DNA of 64,000 nucleotides from Escherichia phage vB_EcoS_ESCO40, in the sequence record NC_106514.1; one strand, written 5' to 3'. The translations under genes were made by a program, and so were the position numbers. Positions 15,874-24,178 of the stretch are shown here, one piece after another. Within the stretch, counting starts at the first letter, position 1. Each line of letters begins with the position of its first letter. Below the pieces are notes generated by a model. The model saw only the letters and a program-made list of their open reading frames with translations. It was not told where the DNA came from and made no database searches.

Positions 15874-18663
15874 GTGTTTTCAATCCTACAAGGTCATGCA
15901 GGATTTCATCGCGATTTAGCCACAGGCAATTGGCGAGAAGTTAAAGCAGAAGATTATCTTTTTGCTAAAAGATTTTCCTCAAAGCATCCTGAAGGTAAAC
16001 CAGCTTCAATGCCCTTCAAGTTTGATGTAATTGACGAAGTTGATCCTCAAACCCTAGTAGAAATGCTCCCTCTTATGAGACGTTTAACGTCTGACCCTCA
16101 TATCGTTGCGGTACGAGGTCGATGTCTTGCACCTAAAAATAATGTGCGGCGTAAGAAGGGCAACTTTAATGTATCTAATCCAAGTCATATAATCGCAATG
16201 GATGTGGATGGTATTGTAGATACAGGAGGTTGTAACAAGTTTGATCTTGTTGGCGTGGCTCGACATATTATTAGGATGTTAAATAGTATTAGTGAGGATA
16301 TGTTTCCTCTTGATGCAGGGTTTATCGCTCATGCATCGTCTTCGGCTGGACTAAAACCAGGTATCCGAATGCACTTAATACTAGAATCTAATGTTAAAGT
16401 TACACAGGGTCAGATCAAGTTCTTATTTACATCTATCAACGAAAGTAGTAGACAAAAGTATGGCTTTGATATTGCCGACTTAGCTTATTACTCTTCCGTA
16501 CAGCTCCACTATTTCGCAGATCCTTTATTTATTGATGGTATAGTCGATCCGTTTAAAGCGGAGGGTGCTTCACGTCTGGTATTTGTTAAAGGCTCAAAAG
16601 TAAATTTACCTAATAATCTAGTTGACTATGAAACAACTAGAGGAGAGTTTAAAGAGGAATTCTACTCTTTACTCGATCAAATTAAAGGTAAAAAAGCTGC
16701 CTCTGATAAAGTAGAGGAAACTATCAGTGAGCTAGAAGAGGCTGATGATGGGGTATACTTACGTATTATTCCAAAGCTATATCACCGAGCGTTAGAGGAT
16801 GGGGTAGATTTTGGTTGGCTAGAAAAAGAAATCCGCCCAGCTTTATCAGAATATATTGCAACTAAAGATAATAGCCGTAATATTCAGGATTATTTCAATA
16901 ACGGACGGAAACAGGCATTAAAAGCCTTTGTGAATAACTCTAAGCGTGAGATCCCTGAAGTATTAAAAGGTATCCCCCTTAAAAAGCTAGAAACTAATTC
17001 ACTAGAGACTGACAACTTCTTGAAATTAAATACTGTACCACCAGAAGGCTATATGACTTTTGTAAAAGCAAGTCTAGGCACAGGTAAAACCACGGCGGTT
17101 GTGCGTTGGTTAGATTCAGGGGTTATTAAAGGTAATTTCTTAGCAATTACCAATACTAGAGCACTGGTATCTTCAAATGCTAAGAAATTTAGTGCAGGAC
17201 AATATGATAAGTCTGTAGATATGCTTAATTTTAAGCGTGGTGCTATTGACCGTATGTCCACAACTATTCACTCTTTGCATAAATTCAAGAGTTTTATTGG
17301 TCAAATTGACGCAATCTTTATCGATGAATGTGATGCAGTAATGAATGACCTATTATTCGCTCCGGTTGTTAAGCAACGTCGCGAGTGTATTCAGGTTCTT
17401 CGTGATATTCTTGCAACTGCAAAAATAATTATATTATCTGATGGGGATATTAGTGCAGAAACAATTGAAGCATATGGTTCTTTGATTGAGTTCGATAAAC
17501 CAGTTGCATTTTACAATCACCACCGTAAAATGCTGTCAAAAGCTCATGCTTATGAGTTCCCTGATGAATCCAGTATTTGGGTTGCACTTCAGACTTCTCT
17601 AGAGATGGGTGAGAAATCTATTCTAGTATCTGATTGTGGCCCGGATGAGCTGAATGAGAAAGGTATGGCACTGCGTCGTAATACGGGTGCGTTAGTTAAG
17701 GAAATCCATTCAAACTCTACCTCAGATGTGGATATTCGACGTATTCTGGATTACACAACTAATGAACTAATTGATCAACAAATTGATTGCTTATTATGTA
17801 GTCCATCCGTAACGAGTGGTGTTGACTTTAACTATTTTGATAACGTATTTGTTATTACTAGAACTAGTAATCAAGCGCCAAACATGCGTTTTCAAGCAAT
17901 CAGGCGCGACCGTGGTGCTCAGAATATCTATTATTTTATTGATAAATCCACTAGTGGGTTCTCTGCTGGTTCTGAACAATATAATATTGATGAAGGTTGG
18001 CTGGAGTTAGCACAGCAGTTATATGCGCGTCGCAGGGAGCTAGAATCTAGGAACTATACTAGTACTTTACGTTATTACTTGCTTGATCAAGGTGCAACTA
18101 TTGATATTTTCAGCGAAAGCTGGGGAACTATTGAAGGTGCTGGTAAAGAGTACACAGAAGAGCGAATCAAAGCTATTCTGCATTCAACTCCAGATTATTG
18201 TGCTCCACGTCATGCGGATGCGTATGAAGCTAAACTACTTCTTGTTCGCTATTATCATCTTGAGTCTATTAAAGATGTAACAGTTGAGCATGTTGAACAA
18301 TATATCAAAGATAAGCCGAATGATCGAGCTGCATTCTTCCATAAGATGCACGAGATGTTCTGGGAAGATATTAAGAAGTGTTCAAATGTGACCATTAAAC
18401 CATTCATAGAAGCTCTGAAAGGTAAGAAGAAGGACTTCTTCCTTAAAACAGGTCAGAGTGCTAACCCAAAATATGCTAGAATGTATCTTGGTATGATGGG
18501 TATTGGTAAAGATATGAACACGGAGAATATCGTAGACTGGTACAGAACCTATTGTAAAATCGAGTGTATGCCAATTCCTTATAAGTTCATGACTGACGAG
18601 GAAAAACATATGCACGATGAAGCAATGTCAGAGCTAGGTGCTAGAAATGACAGTGAAGAATAA
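15874..18663 (+). CDS. large replication protein: N-terminal domain plus P-loop NTPase / DExD-type helicase domain (candidate origin-binding helicase)
   Basis: Walker A ASLGTGKTTAVV, Walker B AIFIDECDAV; GTG at 15874 with AGGAG 7 nt upstream chosen over ORF-track TTG at 15796; start uncertain. Confidence 0.6.
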   Translation: MFSILQGHAGFHRDLATGNWREVKAEDYLFAKRFSSKHPEGKPASMPFKFDVIDEVDPQTLVEMLPLMRRLTSDPHIVAVRGRCLAPKNNVRRKKGNFNVSNPSHIIAMDVDGIVDTGGCNKFDLVGVARHIIRMLNSISEDMFPLDAGFIAHASSSAGLKPGIRMHLILESNVKVTQGQIKFLFTSINESSRQKYGFDIADLAYYSSVQLHYFADPLFIDGIVDPFKAEGASRLVFVKGSKVNLPNNLVDYETTRGEFKEEFYSLLDQIKGKKAASDKVEETISELEEADDGVYLRIIPKLYHRALEDGVDFGWLEKEIRPALSEYIATKDNSRNIQDYFNNGRKQALKAFVNNSKREIPEVLKGIPLKKLETNSLETDNFLKLNTVPPEGYMTFVKASLGTGKTTAVVRWLDSGVIKGNFLAITNTRALVSSNAKKFSAGQYDKSVDMLNFKRGAIDRMSTTIHSLHKFKSFIGQIDAIFIDECDAVMNDLLFAPVVKQRRECIQVLRDILATAKIIILSDGDISAETIEAYGSLIEFDKPVAFYNHHRKMLSKAHAYEFPDESSIWVALQTSLEMGEKSILVSDCGPDELNEKGMALRRNTGALVKEIHSNSTSDVDIRRILDYTTNELIDQQIDCLLCSPSVTSGVDFNYFDNVFVITRTSNQAPNMRFQAIRRDRGAQNIYYFIDKSTSGFSAGSEQYNIDEGWLELAQQLYARRRELESRNYTSTLRYYLLDQGATIDIFSESWGTIEGAGKEYTEERIKAILHSTPDYCAPRHADAYEAKLLLVRYYHLESIKDVTVEHVEQYIKDKPNDRAAFFHKMHEMFWEDIKKCSNVTIKPFIEALKGKKKDFFLKTGQSANPKYARMYLGMMGIGKDMNTENIVDWYRTYCKIECMPIPYKFMTDEEKHMHDEAMSELGARNDSEE

Positions 18664-18888
18664 AAAATGGGAAACAAGGAAGTTTCCAGTAAAAGAACGT
18701 AAGGTTCCTGTTTATGATACTTCGGAAAAGCTATGTAGGGTGGTACCACACAGATTAGCTGGTATCCCTAACATATCCGAGTGGTTACTTAAACAACGGA
18801 GGACTAGCGTATCCCTCCGCATAGGGTTTGAGTTAGATAAAGTATATGCTGAACTTTCTTCTTTGCTCAAAGAATCATAAAAAATTAT

Positions 18889-18917
18889 TTGCTTTCAGGA
18901 AAAATTTTCTGTATAAT
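18889..18917 (+). promoter_or_regulatory. sigma70-type early promoter; sequence matches (from memory) the classical T5 PN25 promoter
   Basis: AAATTATTTGCTTTCAGGAAAAATTTTCTGTATAATAGATTCATAAATTTGAGAGAGGAG; TTGCTT 18889-18894, TATAAT 18912-18917. Confidence 0.75.
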
Positions 18918-18948
18918 AGATTCATAAATTTGAGAGAGGAGTTTAAAT

Positions 18949-19653
18949 ATGGCTGGTTCTCGCAGAAAGAAACATATCCATGAAATCCCGGATGAAGTCT
19001 TTAAAAAAGTTATAGAGCATCTGGAGAACGGTGGTACTAAGAAAGCAGCATGTGAAATGCTCGGCGTATCATCCAATCCAACTATGGAAAGGATGATTGA
19101 AGAATGGCAAGACCGCCAGATTCAAGTTGCCGAAATGAAGAAAAAGAAACGTGGTACACTCATTGAAGGTATTGAGTTGGCCAACGTTATTGAGCAGTAT
19201 CTATCTGGTGACTCCTTTGAGGAGATTGCCGATCGTAATTATCGTTCTGTAGCAATGGTTAAATCTGTTCTGGAACGATATGGTGCTCTACTTCGTTTGA
19301 ACGATATTGTAGATCCATTGAATCCACCAATTATTCCTGATGATGCTGTAGCAGAAGAATTTGAGGTAGGCGAGCTTGTTTGGGTTCCTGGATACCAGTG
19401 TATCGGTGAAATCAAAAAGGCAATGGATAATCCTGTTGGTTGCTACCGTGTATGGCTTCTATCAGAAGGCAAACAACAGAACGTTCATTATATGAATTAT
19501 GAATTAGCTTCTGTAAAGCATTTGGAAAAGTTAGGGGTTGACGTAAAATCTCTGGGGTACAAGTGGACTCGTGAAGAAGTTATTACGTTGATTAACGAAG
19601 CTGTTAAGGCTGCCCTGAAACTTGATAAAGAAAAAGGAAAACGCCGTGAGTAG
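18949..19653 (+). CDS. putative DNA-binding protein with helix-turn-helix motifs
   Basis: 234-aa ORF; TKKAACEMLGVSSNPTMERMI and SFEEIADRNYRSVAMVKSVLERY look HTH-like; driven by the PN25-like promoter. Confidence 0.5.
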   Translation: MAGSRRKKHIHEIPDEVFKKVIEHLENGGTKKAACEMLGVSSNPTMERMIEEWQDRQIQVAEMKKKKRGTLIEGIELANVIEQYLSGDSFEEIADRNYRSVAMVKSVLERYGALLRLNDIVDPLNPPIIPDDAVAEEFEVGELVWVPGYQCIGEIKKAMDNPVGCYRVWLLSEGKQQNVHYMNYELASVKHLEKLGVDVKSLGYKWTREEVITLINEAVKAALKLDKEKGKRRE

Positions 19654-19897
19654 ACTAACTGATTTACTTAAAGATGGGGAAGTAAAAACACTATATCGCA
19701 GAAGCTGGGGTAACGATAATAACGGCTTAGTGTTACTAACTTTAGATGCTGACTCGGATGTAGCTACCCAGCATACCTGGGTAGCCGGTAACTATCCATA
19801 TAGCGAGGTCGTTTCATTAACAGTATGCGAAGCTATTGCGGACGATTGGGAGGTTGCCAGCATTGATGATATGCTCGCTGTTGGCCTGGTGGAGTAA
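19646..19897 (+). CDS. hypothetical protein
   Basis: GTG start with AAGGAAA site overlapping previous stop; the ORF-track TTG start at 19622 is less likely. Confidence 0.4.
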   Translation: MSRLTDLLKDGEVKTLYRRSWGNDNNGLVLLTLDADSDVATQHTWVAGNYPYSEVVSLTVCEAIADDWEVASIDDMLAVGLVE

Positions 19898-19914
19898 CTA
19901 CTTAAAAATTTCAG

Positions 19915-19943
19915 TTGCTTAATCCTATAATTCTTGATATAAT
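19915..19943 (+). promoter_or_regulatory. sigma70-type early promoter (TTGCTT-17-TATAAT)
   Basis: TTGCTT 19915-19920, TATAAT 19938-19943. Confidence 0.6.
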
Positions 19944-20000
19944 ATTCTCATAGTTTGAAAGAACTATTCTGTTTAATTCTTAATTAAGGAAATATAAAAT

Positions 20001-20411
20001 ATGACTACTCCAACTCAGTGGACTGATGAACTGTTCGAAAAAATGTCTTCCGAATACGTTGCTCGTATGGAGCAATTCCCAGAGGATGAACGTCCGAGTG
20101 TTAGTATGGAAATTGTTAGTGAAATTGCCCAAGAAAATGGTGTAACTCCGAACGGTTTTCGTATGAAGCTGACTAAAGCAGGTGTGTATATCAAGAAAGC
20201 TGCTGGTTCTGCTTCTAAATCTAGCGCATCTACTGGAGAAAAAGCTTCTGGTGGTTCTCGTACCTCCAAAGCCCAAGCTCATGCCGACCTGCGTTCAGCA
20301 TTCTCTGATGCTGGCTTAGCACCAGATTTTCTGGATGATGCAATTATCGACAAACTGACCGGTAAAGCGGCCGCTCATCTGGCAGAAGCAATCCGAGCTA
20401 TCACTAAGTAA
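20001..20411 (+). CDS. hypothetical protein with high-expression codon usage
   Basis: 136-aa ORF, Ala/Ser-rich middle, GGT/GCT/CTG/CGT-biased codons distinct from AT-rich neighbours. Confidence 0.55.
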   Translation: MTTPTQWTDELFEKMSSEYVARMEQFPEDERPSVSMEIVSEIAQENGVTPNGFRMKLTKAGVYIKKAAGSASKSSASTGEKASGGSRTSKAQAHADLRSAFSDAGLAPDFLDDAIIDKLTGKAAAHLAEAIRAITK

Positions 20412-20448
20412 TATTTAGATAAATCCACCAACAAAAGGAACTACAGTT

Positions 20449-20745
20449 ATGACCAAAGCTGAAATTATCGCACAGTGTGAAAAATTTGGTGAGTTTTATC
20501 TTCATTACGAGAAACTTCGTCAGAAAGGAACCACGTACCTTCAGGGTACAATGGAATTTGATCCGGCCCAAGATAAATATCTGGCTGAGCGTATTAAACG
20601 TGAACGTATTCGTAAAGCGAAAGATGATGAAATCCTTGTCTTCTCTCGTACTAATGATAGCTTCCGTTTTATTCCTGTCGAGAAAGTTCGTCGTGTGACT
20701 AGCCTCCAATCAGAGTTAGATCGTGCTTCTCCAGTAGGCCGATAA
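20449..20745 (+). CDS. hypothetical protein
   Basis: 98-aa ORF with AAAGGAA site, followed by terminator. Confidence 0.5.
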   Translation: MTKAEIIAQCEKFGEFYLHYEKLRQKGTTYLQGTMEFDPAQDKYLAERIKRERIRKAKDDEILVFSRTNDSFRFIPVEKVRRVTSLQSELDRASPVGR

Positions 20746-20755
20746 GAAAACAATT

Positions 20756-20782
20756 AGCCCCTATATGGGGCTTTTTGTGTAT
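20756..20782 (+). terminator. rho-independent terminator
   Basis: AGCCCC-TATAT-GGGGCT stem-loop then TTTTTGTGTATTT. Confidence 0.65.
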
Positions 20783-20795
20783 TTGGGATATGTAA

Positions 20796-21104
20796 ATGAG
20801 CGAACAGGTAAATCAAAACTATGAAGGACACGTTGATGACCAGTCCATCATACTTTGGGAGAAGGAGGGGGAACAAGTAAGATTAACAGTATCTGAATTT
20901 CGTGGGAATCTATACATGGGTATTCGTTACTGGCTTCTTGATATTAATGATGAATGGTTTCCAACGAAATCTGGCTTCTCTTTTCCTTACACCCTAGAAA
21001 CAACATCACAGCTTTTCTATGCGTTTACACAGATTCTTAGTGAATCTGAGGTTTTACATGAAGTACAGAAACGAGCTGAAGAACTCAAAGCCAAGAATGC
21101 CTAG
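20796..21104 (+). CDS. hypothetical protein
   Basis: 102-aa ORF; stop lies inside the following terminator stem. Confidence 0.5.
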   Translation: MSEQVNQNYEGHVDDQSIILWEKEGEQVRLTVSEFRGNLYMGIRYWLLDINDEWFPTKSGFSFPYTLETTSQLFYAFTQILSESEVLHEVQKRAEELKAKNA

Positions 21105-21122
21105 TTCTTGGCTTTTTCTTTA
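21089..21122 (+). terminator. rho-independent terminator
   Basis: AGCCAAGAA / TTCTTGGCT 9-bp stem then TTTTTCTTTAT. Confidence 0.7.
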
Positions 21123-21131
21123 TAAATGTAT

Positions 21132-21160
21132 TTGCTTTCAACTCAGTTTTGTTATATAAT
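21132..21160 (+). promoter_or_regulatory. sigma70-type early promoter (TTGCTT-17-TATAAT)
   Basis: TTGCTT 21132-21137, TATAAT 21155-21160, then ATTTATATAAATTAATGAGAGG. Confidence 0.65.
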
Positions 21161-21174
21161 ATTTATATAAATTA

Positions 21175-21390
21175 ATGAGAGGATCAATCATGGCAATGAC
21201 AGTAACACTTCCCAAGATTCAAGCAAAACTTAATCTACTTTCCACAGCACGTATTAATTATCAAGATAGCATAGGCACAGTAAATCAAAAAGCGTACAAA
21301 GATGCGTTTCTGAAAGAATCTGCTGATTTGATGGATATGGTTACACAATATAATAAAGAACTCAAGATGGAAATCGCCGATGATGAATAA
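21175..21390 (+). CDS. hypothetical small protein
   Basis: 71-aa ORF with GAGAGGA site; overlaps the ligase start. Confidence 0.5.
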   Translation: MRGSIMAMTVTLPKIQAKLNLLSTARINYQDSIGTVNQKAYKDAFLKESADLMDMVTQYNKELKMEIADDE

Positions 21391-22354
21391 TGTAAAAGGC
21401 TTTATTAGGCGTTGTCAAGAAGCATATTATCAAGGCATGTCTTTAATCTCTGATGAGGAGTATGATTGCCTGGTAAAACGCTTCCCGTTAGAAGAAGAGA
21501 TCGGGCCTAAAGGTGATATTCCACATCTGTATCGTATGTATTCTTTACAGAAAGTTTATTATAATCGTGGAGATAAACCCCCATTTAACCCCTTAGGTCA
21601 GGTAGAAACTGATAAGTTAGATGGTTGTGCAATTTCTCTGTTATATATTAACGGCGAATTTGTCCAAGCATTAACCCGTGGTAATGGTATTCTAGGGAAT
21701 GATGTCACAAGCAACGTAAGATTGCTGAACATTCCTAAAAAGATTTCCCAAAAAGTACCTACTCAAATCACTGGTGAAGTTCTAATTACAAAAGAAGTAG
21801 AAAATAAACGTAACTTTGCCTCTGGTGCTATTAACCTCAAAGATAGTGATGATTTCGTACAACGCATTGGAGAAGGCGGTTTAATCTTTGTTGCTTACGG
21901 TATCCAATGTTCTGCTGAATCTGTAGGTATTACAGAAGCATACTTAAAAGATATGCTTTGGCTAGAGAATGAGAACTTCTTAACAGTTGTTAATGTGCGT
22001 TCCTTCTTTAAATGGATTCCGACGGACGGTAAAGTTGTTCGTATTAATGACAACAACAAATTCTTCCGTGAAGGCTGGACTAATAAATTCCCTCGTGGAG
22101 CATTCGCTATTAAAGAGGATGAAGAAGGCGAAATTACAACTCTTACTAAAGTTGAATGGCAGGTAGGGGCTTCTGGTAAAGTAACTCCAGTTGGTTATTT
22201 CGAACCGGTAATTATTGATGATGCTACAATTGTTAAGGCGACTCTTAATAACGTTGATTATATTAACTCTCTCGATCTAGAGATCGGTTGCCAGATTCGA
22301 GTGATTCGTGCTGGTGGTGTAATCCCGTGCATAGTAGAGCGAGTATACGATTAA
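21380..22354 (+). CDS. ligA: NAD-dependent DNA ligase, N-terminal (adenylation/OB) half
   Basis: KLDG adenylation-lysine motif (ETDKLDGCAISLLY), TRGNGILGNDVT; ORF ends before the Zn-finger/HhH/BRCT part. Confidence 0.75.
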   Translation: MMNNVKGFIRRCQEAYYQGMSLISDEEYDCLVKRFPLEEEIGPKGDIPHLYRMYSLQKVYYNRGDKPPFNPLGQVETDKLDGCAISLLYINGEFVQALTRGNGILGNDVTSNVRLLNIPKKISQKVPTQITGEVLITKEVENKRNFASGAINLKDSDDFVQRIGEGGLIFVAYGIQCSAESVGITEAYLKDMLWLENENFLTVVNVRSFFKWIPTDGKVVRINDNNKFFREGWTNKFPRGAFAIKEDEEGEITTLTKVEWQVGASGKVTPVGYFEPVIIDDATIVKATLNNVDYINSLDLEIGCQIRVIRAGGVIPCIVERVYD

Positions 22355-22404
22355 TACATAACCCTTTGCTACCCATCTACCATATCGGAATTATAAAGTG
22401 GTTA

Positions 22405-22433
22405 TTGACATTTTCGCCGCTTAGGTATATACT
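22405..22433 (+). promoter_or_regulatory. sigma70-type promoter (TTGACA-17-TATACT) inside the ligase spacer
   Basis: TTGACA 22405-22410, TATACT 22428-22433; followed by an 8-codon mini-ORF (ATG GCG AGG GTA AGC AAA GTT AGT TAA). Confidence 0.5.
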
Positions 22434-22497
22434 ATTATCATTCAGTTGAGGGATAGAAAGTTATGGCGAGGGTAAGCAAAGTTAGTTAAAATTGTAG

Positions 22498-22526
22498 TTG
22501 CTAAATGCTTAAATACTTGCTATAAT
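22498..22526 (+). promoter_or_regulatory. sigma70-type early promoter (TTGCTA-17-TATAAT)
   Basis: TTGCTA 22498-22503, TATAAT 22521-22526, then ATTTATATAAATTGATAAGGAAG. Confidence 0.65.
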
Positions 22527-22556
22527 ATTTATATAAATTGATAAGGAAGAAATTTG

Positions 22557-23336
22557 ATGAAAATCGAAATTCCAACACAATGTCCCTCTTGTGGTTCTAA
22601 GCTAGATCTTGTCAACGGACAATTATTCTGTCGTAATAAGTCCAACTGTCCAGCGCAATCAAGTAAGTTAATTGAGAACTTCTGTACAAAAATGAAGTTA
22701 AAGGGCTTTGGCCCGAAAACTATTGAGAAGCTGGAGCTGACGAAGATTTCAGAACTATTTTACCTAACCGAAGAAGATTTGGTTAGAGCCGTGGGTAGCA
22801 AGGTTGCCGCTAAGTTAATTAGCGAATTAAATACTAAAGTTCGCGGAGACATTGACTTTGGTTCAGTTCTCGGTTCTTTAGGAATCCCTCTAATTGGAGA
22901 GGTTGCAGCAAAGAAATTGTCCCAAAATTGCACCAGTTTTCAAGATGTGAGAGCTGATGGCAAAGCTGGAGAAAATTATAAAGCCTGGCTAAATTCCCCA
23001 CAAGGCAAGGATGTTATCGAATTACCGTGGAAATTCACAACTGGTATTAAAGGTGCTAAAGCTGGGGTCATCATTACTGATGGTCTAGTAGCCCAGCCAA
23101 ATGGAATCACGGTGTGTATTACCGGGTCTTTGCAAGATTTTGCAAATAGAACGGATGCAACAAATTATTTAGAAGGTCTAGGGTATACTGTTAAAAAATC
23201 AGTTACCAAAGACGTTAAATACCTAATCTGTGAGGATGAATCGAAGCGTTCTTCCTCATCTTATAAGAAAGCCGAAACGAATGGGATAGAAATCCTGTCG
23301 ATTAAAGAACTATTGGAGAAAAATAATAATGTCTAA
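22557..23336 (+). CDS. ligA: NAD-dependent DNA ligase, C-terminal (zinc-finger/HhH/BRCT) half
   Basis: four-Cys zinc finger CPSCGSKLDLVNGQLFCRNKSNCPAQ and HhH-like KLKGFGPKTIEKL; ATG 22557 with AAGGAAG site. Confidence 0.7.
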   Translation: MKIEIPTQCPSCGSKLDLVNGQLFCRNKSNCPAQSSKLIENFCTKMKLKGFGPKTIEKLELTKISELFYLTEEDLVRAVGSKVAAKLISELNTKVRGDIDFGSVLGSLGIPLIGEVAAKKLSQNCTSFQDVRADGKAGENYKAWLNSPQGKDVIELPWKFTTGIKGAKAGVIITDGLVAQPNGITVCITGSLQDFANRTDATNYLEGLGYTVKKSVTKDVKYLICEDESKRSSSSYKKAETNGIEILSIKELLEKNNNV

Positions 23337-24096
23337 ACTGAACTGGAACGTAGAAGGTGTAACCGAGTCTCTGAAAGCAAAAGCCACTGCTCTGGGTGTT
23401 GATGTAATCTCTCAAGAACAAGTAGCTACTATCGCTGCTGAACTGGCCGCTGAAACTGGCAAAGACGTTACCGCTCGCTCTGTTGGCTCTAAGCTGCGTA
23501 AAGAAGGTTTCGAAGTACAGAAAGCTAACGAAGTACAGAAATCTCCGTGGACTCCTGAGCAGGAAGCTGAACTGGTTGATTTCCTGAACGCTCATGCTGG
23601 TCAGTATACTTATGCTGAAATCGCTGCTGCTGTAGCTGGTGGTCAATTTGGTGCTAAGCAGGTACAGGGTAAGATCCTGAGTCTGGAAATGACCGCTTCT
23701 GTTAAACCAACTGAAAAAGCTGCTGCTGTTCGTTCCTTCACTCCGGATGAAGAAACTGACTTTGTTAATCAGGTTGTTGCTGGTGCTACTATTGAAGCTA
23801 TCGCTGCTCACTTCGGTCGTAATATCAAGCAGATCCGTGGTAAAGCTCTGAGTCTGCTGCGTGAAGGTCGTATCGCTGCTATGCCGGTACAGGAAACTTC
23901 AAGTGCTAAAACCCGTGAAGATCTGTTAGAAGGTCTGGATCTGGCTAATATGACCGTTGCTGAGATCGCTGAGAAAACTGGTAAGTCTGAGCGCGGTGTT
24001 AAATCTATGCTGTCTCGTCGTGGTCTGGTTGCTAAGGACTATGATGGTGCCGCTAAGCGTGCTAAACTGGATGCAAAAGCTGCGGCTGCTGAATAA
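23329..24096 (+). CDS. abundant-type protein with four degenerate ~30-aa HTH-like repeats (candidate DNA-binding protein)
   Basis: repeats TIAAELAAETGKDVTARSVGSKLRKEG / TYAEIAAAVAGG..QGKILSLE / TIEAIAAHFGRNIKQIRGKALSLLREG / TVAEIAEKTGKSERGVKSMLSRRG; strongly biased E. coli-optimal codons. Confidence 0.55.
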   Translation: MSKLNWNVEGVTESLKAKATALGVDVISQEQVATIAAELAAETGKDVTARSVGSKLRKEGFEVQKANEVQKSPWTPEQEAELVDFLNAHAGQYTYAEIAAAVAGGQFGAKQVQGKILSLEMTASVKPTEKAAAVRSFTPDEETDFVNQVVAGATIEAIAAHFGRNIKQIRGKALSLLREGRIAAMPVQETSSAKTREDLLEGLDLANMTVAEIAEKTGKSERGVKSMLSRRGLVAKDYDGAAKRAKLDAKAAAAE

Positions 24097-24114
24097 TCTG
24101 GTAAATTAAACCTA

Positions 24115-24150
24115 AGGGGAGGGGGCTATGCTCCTTCCCCTTTTTGCATT
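24115..24150 (+). terminator. rho-independent terminator
   Basis: GGGGAGG...CCTTCCCC stem then TTTTTGCATTT. Confidence 0.6.
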
Positions 24151-24178
24151 TAGAAGGCACGAAAGCGTGCAAAGGAGA

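Noticed and set aside
23302-23811. 169-aa minus-strand ORF opposite the HTH-repeat gene
   Set aside because: Antisense to a gene with strong codon bias; Ser/Phe-rich low-complexity product.
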